Under the pieces are notes generated by a model. It was not told the DNA's origin. It was given only the letters and a program-made list of their open reading frames with translations, and did no database searches. Shown here in pieces: positions 1 to 9,053 of a stretch of DNA of 64,000 bases (positions are counted from its first letter, which is position 1; each line of letters starts with the position of its first letter). Source of the DNA: Candidatus Omnitrophota bacterium (GTDB lineage: Bacteria; Omnitrophota; Gorgyraeia; Gygaellales; Profunditerraquicolaceae); NCBI GenBank assembly GCA_003598025.1, contig QZKH01000006.1:108035-172034 (forward strand), written 5' to 3'. The position numbers and the translations under genes were made by a program.

Positions 1-1
1 G

Positions 2-481
2 TTCAAACTTATCATAAGCATTGATGATAAGGATATAGATACACATTTTTATCTGGCTAATGTTTATGACAGGCAGTCGAAATATAAACTTGCTGAACAG
101 GAGCTGAAAAAGACTCTTGAGCTTAACCCTGATTACCCGGAAGCCCTTAATCATCTGGGATATTTATACGCCCAGGAATCAAGGAATCTTGATCAGGCTG
201 AAATAATGATTAAGAAAGCGCTAGAATTTTCTCCGGATAACGGCGCATTCGTCGATAGCTTAGGGTGGGTTTATTTTAAAAAAGGTAACTACCAGAAGGC
301 GCTGGAAGAACTTGAAAAGGCATCACGTTTATTGGAAGACCCGGTAATATATGAGCACCTTAGCGAAGTTTACCTTAAAACCGGAGATAAGGCAAAAGCA
401 AAACAAATTTTAGAAAAAGCTATAAGTATATTTCCCGGTAACAAAATCATCGAAGAAAAACTTAATGAGATAAAATCTTGA
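2..481 (+). CDS. TPR repeat protein (5' truncated at window edge)
   Basis: The frame is open from the window start. TPR-like repeats are visible (ALNHLGYLY, AEIMIKKALEF, KGNYQKALEELEKA). Confidence 0.7.
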   Translation, partial: FKLIISIDDKDIDTHFYLANVYDRQSKYKLAEQELKKTLELNPDYPEALNHLGYLYAQESRNLDQAEIMIKKALEFSPDNGAFVDSLGWVYFKKGNYQKALEELEKASRLLEDPVIYEHLSEVYLKTGDKAKAKQILEKAISIFPGNKIIEEKLNEIKS

Positions 482-1302
482 TGGAAGCTACCAAAGATAC
501 GGCCATCCTTGAGAAAAAAGCAAAAAAGATCCGCTCCCTGATTATTCAGATGTTGGATAAAGCCGGTTCCGGGCACCCCGGAGGAAGCCTTTCGGCTACA
601 GATATGATAACTGCCTTGTTTTTTTCCGTAATGCGCCATGATCCGGCTAACCCCCATTCTTTAAATAGAGACAGATTCCACATATCAAAGGGGCATTGCT
701 GCCCTTTATTGTATGCGGTTCTTGCGGAATGCGGGTATTTTTCAAAAGATGAGCTTTGGAAATTAAGGAAACTTGGCTGTCTTCTCCAGGGCCATCCTGA
801 TAGAAGGACTCCCGGTATCGATGTCGCTTCGGGTTCACTTGGGCAGGGTTTATCAGTAGGTTTAGGCATGAGCCTGGCTTTAAAAATGGATAAGAAAGAC
901 TACAGGGTTTACGTCTTAATGGGGGATGGAGAAATACAGGAAGGCAATATCTGGGAAGCAGCGATGGCTGCTGCACATTATAAATGTGATAATTTATGCG
1001 GCATACTGGATTATAACGGCTACCAAATTGACGGCAAAACCAAAGATGTAATGAATCTTGAGCCGATCAGCGATAAATGGAGAGCCTTTGGCTGGCATAC
1101 AGTATTGATTGACGGCCACAATATGAAAGAGATAGTTGCAGCTTATAGGGAGGCAGAATCCATGAAAGGTAAACCCACGATAATAATCGGCAAGACTATA
1201 AAAGGAAAGGGTGTGTCTTTTATGGAAAACGTTGTAGATTTCCATGGAAGGGCTCCGACCAAGGAAGAGACCGATAGGGCCCTTAAAGAAATCGGAGAGT
1301 AA
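478..1302 (+). CDS. transketolase, N-terminal subunit (split tkt)
   Basis: GHPGGSLSATD TPP-binding motif. Length of 274 aa is typical of the split transketolase A subunit. Confidence 0.85.
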   Translation: MMEATKDTAILEKKAKKIRSLIIQMLDKAGSGHPGGSLSATDMITALFFSVMRHDPANPHSLNRDRFHISKGHCCPLLYAVLAECGYFSKDELWKLRKLGCLLQGHPDRRTPGIDVASGSLGQGLSVGLGMSLALKMDKKDYRVYVLMGDGEIQEGNIWEAAMAAAHYKCDNLCGILDYNGYQIDGKTKDVMNLEPISDKWRAFGWHTVLIDGHNMKEIVAAYREAESMKGKPTIIIGKTIKGKGVSFMENVVDFHGRAPTKEETDRALKEIGE

Positions 1303-1310
1303 AGCTTAAA

Positions 1311-2240
1311 ATGGCAGAGATGTTATATCAAAGAGATGTTTATGGAAAAGCCTTGGTAGAACTGGGTAAAATCAACAGGGATATAGTTGTTTTTGATGCC
1401 GATCTCTCAGGGTCTACCAGAACAAGTTTATTCGCCAAAGAATTCCCGGAAAGGTTTTTTAATTTTGGGGTAGCCGAGCAGAATATGATGGCTACTTCAG
1501 CAGGAATGAGCAGTTGCGGTAAGACAGTGTTTGTTTCCACATTTGCGATGTTTGCGACTGGCAGGGCCTGGGACCAGGTAAGAAACAGTGTTGTATATAA
1601 TAATTTTGATATAAAGATAGTCGCTACCCATGCCGGTGTCACAGTCGGGCCTGACGGAGCTAGCCATCAGGCTTTGGAAGATTTAGCTATTATGAGAGTA
1701 TTGCCTAATATGAACGTAGTGGTTCCCTGCGATGGGCCGCAGACAAGAGAAGCTGTTATGGCCGCAGCAAATACGCGCGGGCCTTTTTATATACGCCTGG
1801 GAAGGTCTAAATTCCTGACGATAGAAAATAAAGGAGAGTTTAAATTGGGCAAAGCCCAGGTGCTTAAAGATGGTAAGGATGTAACGATAATTGCATGCGG
1901 CATAATGGTTGAAGCAGCTTTAGAAGCCGCTGATAACCTTGGAAAAAAAGGCATTAGTTCTAGAGTGATTAATATGCATACGATTAAACCCATAGATAAA
2001 GACGTTATTATTGAAGCCGCAAAAAATACTTCCGGGATAGTGGTTTGTGAGGAGCATACTGTAATCGGAGGTTTGGCTTCGAGCGTAGACGAAATAGTCT
2101 CTGAGAATTGTCCGGCTAAAGTTTTACGGATAGGCGTTAAGAACAGGTTCGGCCAGTCAGGAGAACCTTCCGAGCTGCTTAAAGAATATAACCTCACAGC
2201 CGAAGACATAGAAAAATCAGCCTTAAGCATAGTTTCTTAA
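1311..2240 (+). CDS. transketolase, C-terminal subunit
   Basis: Pyrimidine-binding/C-terminal transketolase domain, immediately downstream of the N-terminal subunit. Confidence 0.85.
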   Translation: MAEMLYQRDVYGKALVELGKINRDIVVFDADLSGSTRTSLFAKEFPERFFNFGVAEQNMMATSAGMSSCGKTVFVSTFAMFATGRAWDQVRNSVVYNNFDIKIVATHAGVTVGPDGASHQALEDLAIMRVLPNMNVVVPCDGPQTREAVMAAANTRGPFYIRLGRSKFLTIENKGEFKLGKAQVLKDGKDVTIIACGIMVEAALEAADNLGKKGISSRVINMHTIKPIDKDVIIEAAKNTSGIVVCEEHTVIGGLASSVDEIVSENCPAKVLRIGVKNRFGQSGEPSELLKEYNLTAEDIEKSALSIVS

Positions 2241-2252
2241 ACCTTCCTTTAG

Positions 2253-3179
2253 ATGCAGATGCGTCTTGACTCTTGCTCTAAGCTCAACCTTTACCTAAAA
2301 GTCCTCCATAGAAATAAAGATGGCTACCATGATATAGATACTATTTTTGAACGTATCAGCCTTTCCGATAAGATTATATTCACCCTCAGGAAAGACAGTA
2401 ATATAAAAATCGTTACTTCTTCAGACAATATACCCTCTGACCATACTAATTTAGCCTACCGGGCAGCAAAATTACTCCAGGAAAAATACCGCATTAAAAA
2501 CGGCGTAAATATAAAAATTATAAAGCGCATCCCTGTAGGCGCGGGTTTAGGCGGCGGCTCAGGTAATGCAGCAACTGTTTTAATTGCCCTGAATAAATTA
2601 TGGAAATTGGGCTTATCTAAGGCAAAATTATCCAGAATTGCAGAATGTTTAGGCAGCGATGTACCATTTTTTATACATAATACCCCTTTTGCGCAAGGCT
2701 TAGGCAGGGGGGAGGATATTAAGCCGATAAAATCATTGAAAAATATTAGAATTTGGCATGTTTTAGTTGTACCAAGGATAAATGTAGCTACGGCATTGGT
2801 TTATAAAAAATGGGATGAGTTTTTTTTACCAAGTGCTTCTGATGCAAAGAGTAAAAGTCCTGGAAAAATTAAAAAGGTTAAGTTGACAACACATGATTCT
2901 GATGTTAAAATACTGACCTTAGCCATAAAGGGTAAGATTTGGAATAAGTTGCGTAAATATTCCTTCAATGACCTTGAAAACGTTACTTTCAGGCTGTATC
3001 CTGTTGTCGGTAAGATCAAGGAAGAACTTTATAAGCTTAAGCAGGAATTTGTTTTGATGTCCGGAAGCGGGCCGACAGTATTTGCCATTACTCCCTCAAA
3101 GAAGGAAGCCATGGTTTTATATAGACAGCTTAAAGGTAAGAATAAACCCTGGGATGTTTTTTTAGCTCAGACGGTATAG
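2253..3179 (+). CDS. ispE: 4-diphosphocytidyl-2-C-methyl-D-erythritol kinase
   Basis: GHMP kinase motif PVGAGLGGGSGNAA. Sits in the classic ispE-prs-rplY-pth neighbourhood. Confidence 0.8.
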   Translation: MQMRLDSCSKLNLYLKVLHRNKDGYHDIDTIFERISLSDKIIFTLRKDSNIKIVTSSDNIPSDHTNLAYRAAKLLQEKYRIKNGVNIKIIKRIPVGAGLGGGSGNAATVLIALNKLWKLGLSKAKLSRIAECLGSDVPFFIHNTPFAQGLGRGEDIKPIKSLKNIRIWHVLVVPRINVATALVYKKWDEFFLPSASDAKSKSPGKIKKVKLTTHDSDVKILTLAIKGKIWNKLRKYSFNDLENVTFRLYPVVGKIKEELYKLKQEFVLMSGSGPTVFAITPSKKEAMVLYRQLKGKNKPWDVFLAQTV

Positions 3180-3199
3180 GCGTTTTTAAGGAGGGGTCT

Positions 3200-3616
3200 A
3201 TGGAAATAACGGAGGTAAAGGTTTTCCTGAAGGATTCACCGGATAAAAAGCTGAAAGCTTACGCGACCGTAACTTTTGATAACGCTTTTGTCGTAAGAAA
3301 TATTAAGGTGATAGAAGGCTCAAGCGGGTTATTCATTGCAATGCCTTCCAGAAAGATAAAGCAGCCGTGCCAGAAGTGCGGCTTTAAAAATGAGTCACGC
3401 AGTAAGTATTGCAACCAGTGCGGAGCGCAGCTAGTCGTCAGTTCCCGGCCGCTGAGCCAGGAAGAAGCTGCAAATAATTCTCAACTCGAGCATAAAGATA
3501 TAGCCCATCCGATTACGCAGTCCTTTAGGGAATATCTTCAAAAGAGAGTTTTAGAGGCTTACGAACAAGAGAAAACAAGTGGCCATGCTAATGCAGGGCA
3601 TGCAGGAGCCGATTAG
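3200..3616 (+). CDS. spoVG: SpoVG family protein with C-terminal CxxC...CxxC zinc-ribbon extension
   Basis: N-terminus MEITEVKVFLKDSP...KLKAYATVTFDNAFVVRNIKVIEG matches SpoVG. The C-terminus contains CQKCG...CNQCG. An RBS (aaggagg) precedes the start. Confidence 0.75.
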   Translation: MEITEVKVFLKDSPDKKLKAYATVTFDNAFVVRNIKVIEGSSGLFIAMPSRKIKQPCQKCGFKNESRSKYCNQCGAQLVVSSRPLSQEEAANNSQLEHKDIAHPITQSFREYLQKRVLEAYEQEKTSGHANAGHAGAD

Positions 3617-3744
3617 TCCATATATCGGCGAAAGATTTAATAATGCCTTTTTACGGCCTACTTTGTTATGTTGGGCAATTTTTTCATTAAATAGAGTACA
3701 TAGGAAATCTTGTATAACAATACAGGAAGGTCGAGCCTTAAATC

Positions 3745-3815
3745 TGCCCGGTAGTGTAATGGTAGCACATCAGAATTTGGGTCTGACTGTTGAGGTTCGA
3801 GTCCTCACCGGGCAA
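3745..3815 (+). tRNA. tRNA-Gln(UUG)
   Basis: Cloverleaf by hand: acceptor TGCCCGG/CCGGGCA with U1-A72, anticodon stem TCAGA/TCTGA, loop ATTTGGG, T-loop TTCGAGT. CCA is not encoded. Confidence 0.6.
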
Positions 3816-4024
3816 TTTTGACAAGATAACTAAGCGAGAACCTAAAGGGATGTGGAGGTTCTCCCTCGTCCGCCGCAGGCGGGCTCGGGATTAATTCGGC
3901 CAGTAAGGCAAGATGTAGCCTAAGCAACTTACGTCGTACTTTGTACTTCCGTAAGTTGTGGCCTCATTAGGAATCCACACGTCCCAACCATTTTAAGTTA
4001 GATATTAAAAAGAGAGTTAACCAT

Positions 4025-5284
4025 ATGAGAAACAAATTTGCATGCATTATTTTGGCAGCGGGTAAGGGCGTAAGGATGAAATCCTCTACGCCTAAGGTCC
4101 TGCACCCCATATGCGGAAGGCCTATGCTGCAATATGTCCTGGATTTATCAAAATCACTAAAGGCAACCGATACGGTTGTAGTTCTGGGCCATCAACATGA
4201 ACTGGTAGAGAAATCGCTGCCTCGAGGGTTGAAATTTGTAGTCCAGAAAAGATTAGTCGGTACTGCAGATGCCGTTAAGACAGCTTTGGCCAAATTGAAG
4301 GGATTTAGAGGAGATATACTTATTCTATATGCTGACATACCTCTTTTACAAAAAAGTACACTGCTTAAATTAATAAAATACCATGCAGATAATAATCTTG
4401 ATGCGGCAATACTTACCGCCCAGATGGCCAAGCCGGAAGGTTATGGAAGGATTAGCAGGGATGAATATGGGGCGATATGCAATATTGTAGAAGAAAAAGA
4501 TGCCGATGATTTTGATAAGGCAATAAAAGAGATAAATACGGGGATCATTTGTTTTAACAAGAAGAAATTGGAATTTGCTTTGGCAAAAATAAGGCCGAAT
4601 AATGCCAAGAGGGAATATTACCTGACCGATGCCATAAAGATCCTTTATGATAATGGCTGTCTGGTTGATAGCTTAAAGATTGAGGATGCCCAAGAGGCAA
4701 GCGGAGTAAACTCCAAGCTTGATTTATCTAAGGCCAATAGCGTTATTCAGCGGAGAATTAATGAAGGGCTTATGAAGGCAGGAGTTAATATTGTTGACCC
4801 TGCTACTACCTTTATCAGCTACGGAGTAAGAATCGGGCGGGATACGGTCATTTATCCCTTTACAGTTATTGAAAGAGATGTTAAAATTGGTGGTCATTGC
4901 TCAATAGGGCCTTTTATACATTTGCGTGAAGGCACCAGGGTAGCAAACGGGGTAATCTTGGGCAATTTCTTAGAGAGCGTCCGCTCAAAGATCTCAGAAG
5001 GAACTTTAATTAAACATTTTAGCTATATCGGGGATACGCGAATTGGCAAACGTGCCAATATCGGCGCAGGAAGTGTCACCGCTAATTTCGACGGTAAAAA
5101 TAAGCATGCAACCATTATAGGAGATAATGCATTTGTTGGTTCTGACTCGGTATTGGTTGCTCCGGTTAAAATCGGGAAAAATAGTATAGTTGGAGCAGGC
5201 TCAGTGCTTCTTAAAAACAGGAATGTAAAAAACGGCCAGATAGTTGCAGGCGTCCCGGCCAAACCATTAAAAAACAAGAGGTAA
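4025..5284 (+). CDS. glmU: bifunctional UDP-GlcNAc pyrophosphorylase / GlcN-1-P acetyltransferase
   Basis: N-terminus ILAAGKGVRMKS is a nucleotidyltransferase motif. C-terminal hexapeptide (left-handed beta-helix) repeats. Confidence 0.85.
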   Translation: MRNKFACIILAAGKGVRMKSSTPKVLHPICGRPMLQYVLDLSKSLKATDTVVVLGHQHELVEKSLPRGLKFVVQKRLVGTADAVKTALAKLKGFRGDILILYADIPLLQKSTLLKLIKYHADNNLDAAILTAQMAKPEGYGRISRDEYGAICNIVEEKDADDFDKAIKEINTGIICFNKKKLEFALAKIRPNNAKREYYLTDAIKILYDNGCLVDSLKIEDAQEASGVNSKLDLSKANSVIQRRINEGLMKAGVNIVDPATTFISYGVRIGRDTVIYPFTVIERDVKIGGHCSIGPFIHLREGTRVANGVILGNFLESVRSKISEGTLIKHFSYIGDTRIGKRANIGAGSVTANFDGKNKHATIIGDNAFVGSDSVLVAPVKIGKNSIVGAGSVLLKNRNVKNGQIVAGVPAKPLKNKR

Positions 5285-5286
5285 AC

Positions 5287-6225
5287 ATGGATAAATTGGC
5301 AGTATTCTCTGGCAATGCCAGCCCGCAGTTAGCAAAAGATATCTGTAAATATCTTAAGATAAAGCTTTCTGATGCCTTAGTGTCAAGATTCAGCGAAGGC
5401 GAAATAAGGGTCAAAATCAATGAGAATGTCAGAGGCAAAGATGTGTTTATCGTACAGTCAACCTGTCCTCCTCCTAATGATAACCTTATGGAGCTTTTGA
5501 TTATGATGGATGCCTTAAGGAGAGCTTCAAGCAAGAGGATAACTGCGGTTATACCTTATTTTGGTTATGCCCGCCAGGACAGGAAGGACCAGCCTCGTGT
5601 GCCTATCAGCGCTAAATTAATCGCAAACCTCCTTACGGTTGCAGGAGCAGACAGGGTTTTGACGATGGACCTGCATGCAGGCCAGATCCAGGGATTTTTT
5701 GATATTCCGGTAGACCATTTATTTTCCGTCGGGGTATTCATAGATTATTTCTCAAATATCGATCCCAAAGACGTTGTGGTGGTTTCTCCGGATGTAGGCA
5801 GCATTAAGATGGCAAGGGCTTATGCCAAAAGGCTAAATGCAGCATTGGCAATAATTGATAAAAGAAGGATTGACCCTGAAAAGTCCGAAGCTTTGCATAT
5901 ATTAGGCGAGGTCGAAGGCAAAGATGTCATAATCGTTGATGATTTGATTGCTACGGGGAGTTCTTTAATAGAAGCAGTAGGCGTGCTTAAGAAATACGGG
6001 TGCAAAACTGTGCGTGCAGCCATAACTCATGGCGTATTATCCGGGCCGGCACTTGAAAGAATAAATAAATGCGCAGAATTAAAAGAACTTTTAATATCAG
6101 ATAGTATCCCTCTGTCGGAAGATAAGAAAAATCCACGGATCAAAGTCTTGTCTGTTGCCGGGCTTCTTGGGGAAGCTATAAAACGGATTCATAACGAAGA
6201 ATCGGTCAGTTCGCTGTTCGATTAA
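5287..6225 (+). CDS. prs: ribose-phosphate pyrophosphokinase
   Basis: PRPP synthetase motifs (DLHAGQIQGFFDIPVD, VDDLIATGSS). Confidence 0.9.
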   Translation: MDKLAVFSGNASPQLAKDICKYLKIKLSDALVSRFSEGEIRVKINENVRGKDVFIVQSTCPPPNDNLMELLIMMDALRRASSKRITAVIPYFGYARQDRKDQPRVPISAKLIANLLTVAGADRVLTMDLHAGQIQGFFDIPVDHLFSVGVFIDYFSNIDPKDVVVVSPDVGSIKMARAYAKRLNAALAIIDKRRIDPEKSEALHILGEVEGKDVIIVDDLIATGSSLIEAVGVLKKYGCKTVRAAITHGVLSGPALERINKCAELKELLISDSIPLSEDKKNPRIKVLSVAGLLGEAIKRIHNEESVSSLFD

Positions 6226-6256
6226 ACTATTAAAATATTTAATGAGGTGAAATAAA

Positions 6257-6958
6257 ATGGAAGAGATATTTTTGGATGCGGAAATAAGGACTCAGCTAGG
6301 AAAGATCGGTGTTAAAAAGTTAAGGGCTACCAGCGTAATACCGGCAGTTATATACGGCGAGGGCAAGGATTCCAAAGCCATAGGTATACCTAAAAAACAA
6401 TTATTAACGCTGGTACACCAACACCGCCTTGAAAACCTGGTTATAAACCTTAAGATAAAGGACGAAAATAAACTCAGGTCTAAGACCTGCCTGATAAAGG
6501 ATATACAGTATGACCCGGTCCAGGGAGATATAATACATGTTGATTTCAACGAGATATCGCTTACTAAGTCAATTAAAGTAAACGTGCCGGTTGTAGCAAA
6601 AGGCGAAGCAGTAGGGGTTAAGCAGGAAGGCGGCTCTCTGGAGCATATCATGTGGGAAATAGAGATCGAGTGCTTGCCTACAAAGATCCCTGAAAAAATA
6701 GAGGTAGATGTGACACCTTTAAAGATAGGGGATTCAATACATGTAAAGGATATAATCCTTCCTCCTGACATAAAGGTGATCACCCCTCTTGAATCAGTAG
6801 TCATATCTGTATCTGAGCCTATGAAAGAGGAGGCACCGGTAGAGGAAATTGAAGGCGCTGAAGCTGCAAAAGAGCCGGAAGTAATAAAAGAAAAGAAGGA
6901 AGTCCCTGCTGAAGAAAAAGAAGCCGAGGAAAAACAGGAAAAGAAAGAGAAAAAATAA
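6257..6958 (+). CDS. rplY: 50S ribosomal protein L25 / general stress protein Ctc, with E/K-rich C-terminal tail
   Basis: L25/Ctc fold sequence. Low-complexity EK-rich C-terminal extension. Confidence 0.8.
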   Translation: MEEIFLDAEIRTQLGKIGVKKLRATSVIPAVIYGEGKDSKAIGIPKKQLLTLVHQHRLENLVINLKIKDENKLRSKTCLIKDIQYDPVQGDIIHVDFNEISLTKSIKVNVPVVAKGEAVGVKQEGGSLEHIMWEIEIECLPTKIPEKIEVDVTPLKIGDSIHVKDIILPPDIKVITPLESVVISVSEPMKEEAPVEEIEGAEAAKEPEVIKEKKEVPAEEKEAEEKQEKKEKK

Positions 6959-6980
6959 TACCTTTACTTTCCACCCTTTT

Positions 6981-7550
6981 ATGAAATTGATTTTGGGCCT
7001 GGGTAATCCGGGCATAAGATATTCCGGGTCAAGGCATAATATAGGTTTTCAGGTTATACGCACTCTAGCCAAGCAGCATAAGATGCGTCTAAAGAAGGAG
7101 CCGGGTATACCTGCTTTTATTGCTAAAGGAAACATTAGTAGCGTTAGCGTAATACTGGCCATGCCTTTGACATTTATGAATCTATCCGGCGTAGCTGCCA
7201 AGCTTTTATTTAAGAAGTTTGCTCTTTGCAACAAGGATCTTTTGGCTGTATGCGATGATTTAGACCTGGATTTCGGCAGGATAAAATTAGTAGCAGGAGG
7301 TTCTTCGGCCGGGCATAACGGCATAAAGTCAATAATCACCTATTTAGAAACAGCTGAATTCAACAGGCTGCGCATAGGCATAGGAAGGCCGGATAAGGAT
7401 ATTGCGGCAAAGTATGTCCTTTCCTCTTTTGACAGAGCACAAAAGAAGGAATTGCCGGAGATCATTGGTAGCGCATGCAGCTGTTGTGAGTCTTGGGTTA
7501 TAAATGGGATTTCAGAAACCATGAATATATATAATAAAAGGAGAAACTAA
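6981..7550 (+). CDS. pth: peptidyl-tRNA hydrolase
   Basis: MKLILGLGNPG...HNGIKS Pth motifs. Confidence 0.85.
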   Translation: MKLILGLGNPGIRYSGSRHNIGFQVIRTLAKQHKMRLKKEPGIPAFIAKGNISSVSVILAMPLTFMNLSGVAAKLLFKKFALCNKDLLAVCDDLDLDFGRIKLVAGGSSAGHNGIKSIITYLETAEFNRLRIGIGRPDKDIAAKYVLSSFDRAQKKELPEIIGSACSCCESWVINGISETMNIYNKRRN

Positions 7551-7846
7551 TGAATAAGTATGAAGCCATGTTAATAGTGAAACCGGATTTGCCGGAAGAC
7601 CAGAAGAAGGCTGTTTTTTCGCAGATTAATGAAGTGATCACAAAAAATAAAGGCAGCGTAACCAATTCTTCTGTCTGGGCAGATAAGAGGAGGATGACGT
7701 TCCCGATAAAGAAATTTCAGGAAGGCCTTTATTATCTGGTTAATTTTGAATCTGACCCCCAAGCTATAAAAGAATTGAACCGTTTGTATAGCTTGAATGA
7801 AAATATCCTTAGGACATTGATAACCAGGCCGATAGAGGAGAAATAA
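7550..7846 (+). CDS. rpsF: 30S ribosomal protein S6
   Basis: MNKYEAMLIVKPDL S6 N-terminus. Part of the rpsF-ssb-rpsR-rplI operon. Confidence 0.85.
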   Translation: MNKYEAMLIVKPDLPEDQKKAVFSQINEVITKNKGSVTNSSVWADKRRMTFPIKKFQEGLYYLVNFESDPQAIKELNRLYSLNENILRTLITRPIEEK

Positions 7847-7847
7847 T

Positions 7848-8282
7848 ATGGCAAATTTAAATAAAGTCTTATTGATAGGTAACCTTACCAAAGACCCTGA
7901 GCTAAGGTATACGCCCCAAGGCACGGCTGTCGTAAATATAAGGCTAGCCGTAAACAGGCGGTTCCGTAATAAGAACCAGGAGGCTAAGGAAGAGACGTGT
8001 TTTATAACTGCGGTTGCATGGGATAAGCAGGCAGAGACCTGTAACCAGTATCTTAAGAAGGGTAGCCCCGTTTTTATTGAAGGCCGCCTGCAGTCAAGGA
8101 GCTGGGAAGATAATGCAGGACAAAAACGCAGTGTAATCGAAGTCAGGGTTGAGAGGCTGCAGTTTCTTGGAAGCCCATCATCAAGGCAGGCTGCAGATCA
8201 GCACCAAGATTTATCTGTTACAGATTCACATACTGAGTCCGAATGGTTAGAAGAAAGCGAGGATAAAGCAGATGAGGTTTAA
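7848..8282 (+). CDS. ssb: single-stranded DNA-binding protein
   Basis: OB-fold SSB sequence with an acidic C-terminal tail (DEV). Confidence 0.85.
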   Translation: MANLNKVLLIGNLTKDPELRYTPQGTAVVNIRLAVNRRFRNKNQEAKEETCFITAVAWDKQAETCNQYLKKGSPVFIEGRLQSRSWEDNAGQKRSVIEVRVERLQFLGSPSSRQAADQHQDLSVTDSHTESEWLEESEDKADEV

Positions 8283-8547
8283 GAGCGGGAAGTTCGAAAA
8301 AAGAACTACAAACAAGAAATCATTTGAAGCGGGAGTTTCTTTCAGGAAAAAAGTTTGCAGGCTATGCGCGGATAAAGTCAAGGGCATAGATTATAAAGAT
8401 TTGAGGAGGCTTGAATCTTTCGTCAGGGAGCGGGGCAAAATTATTTCAAGAAGGATATCCGGTAATTGTGCAAAGCACCAGCGCATGCTGGCAGAGGCTG
8501 TAAAAAAAGCGCGTTTTATAGGCCTTTTGCCATACGTAAAAAATTAA
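8272..8547 (+). CDS. rpsR: 30S ribosomal protein S18
   Basis: [15 protein letters not shown]...[21 protein letters not shown] is the S18 signature. Confidence 0.85.
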   Translation: MRFKSGKFEKRTTNKKSFEAGVSFRKKVCRLCADKVKGIDYKDLRRLESFVRERGKIISRRISGNCAKHQRMLAEAVKKARFIGLLPYVKN

Positions 8548-8568
8548 TCAGATTCCAGGAGATAAATT

Positions 8569-9012
8569 ATGGAAGTAATTTTGAAGAAAGATGTAGCTAA
8601 AGTCGGAAAATCCGGGAGTGTGATAAAAGTAAAAGACGGTTTTGCGCGTAATTTTCTTTTTCCTCACAATCTTGCGGTCCCGGTTACAGATGGAAACCTG
8701 AAAAAAATAGAAGAAGACAAACAGAGGAAAGCAAGCCAGATGCAGAAATTGAAACAGCAGGCCCAGGATATGGCAGATAGGCTTTCAAAATTATCCCTGA
8801 CAGTGCCTGTGCTGACCCATGATGATGACCAGGTATACGGCAGTATTTCTGCGGTAGAAATAGAAAAAGCCCTTAAAGACGAAGGTTACGATGTCAGTAA
8901 GAATCAAATAGAACTGGAAGAGCAGATTAAGACCGTCGGAATTTATGAAGTGCCGGTGAAACTGCATCCGGAAGTAAAGACAATTGTCAAGATCTGGGTA
9001 GTAAAGAAATAA
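8569..9012 (+). CDS. rplI: 50S ribosomal protein L9
   Basis: MEVILKKDVAKVGKSGSVIKVKDGFARNFL L9 N-domain. Confidence 0.85.
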   Translation: MEVILKKDVAKVGKSGSVIKVKDGFARNFLFPHNLAVPVTDGNLKKIEEDKQRKASQMQKLKQQAQDMADRLSKLSLTVPVLTHDDDQVYGSISAVEIEKALKDEGYDVSKNQIELEEQIKTVGIYEVPVKLHPEVKTIVKIWVVKK

Positions 9013-9053
9013 TATATATATATATATTATTTCTAAATCAGTGCCTTTTAAAT

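Noticed and set aside
546-976. Minus-strand ORFs antisense to tkt, and similar ORFs elsewhere (6292-6804, 13856-14274, 53609-54268, 61759-62139, and others)
   Set aside because: Shadow ORFs fully embedded antisense in well-supported genes. No independent signals.
3579-3821. 80-aa + strand ORF overlapping tRNA-Gln
   Set aside because: Runs straight through the tRNA cloverleaf. No RBS. Sequence is low-complexity. Treated as spurious.
9011-9028. (TA)n microsatellite between rplI and dnaB
   Set aside because: Short simple repeat in an AT-rich spacer. Probably just the dnaB promoter region, not a distinct feature.
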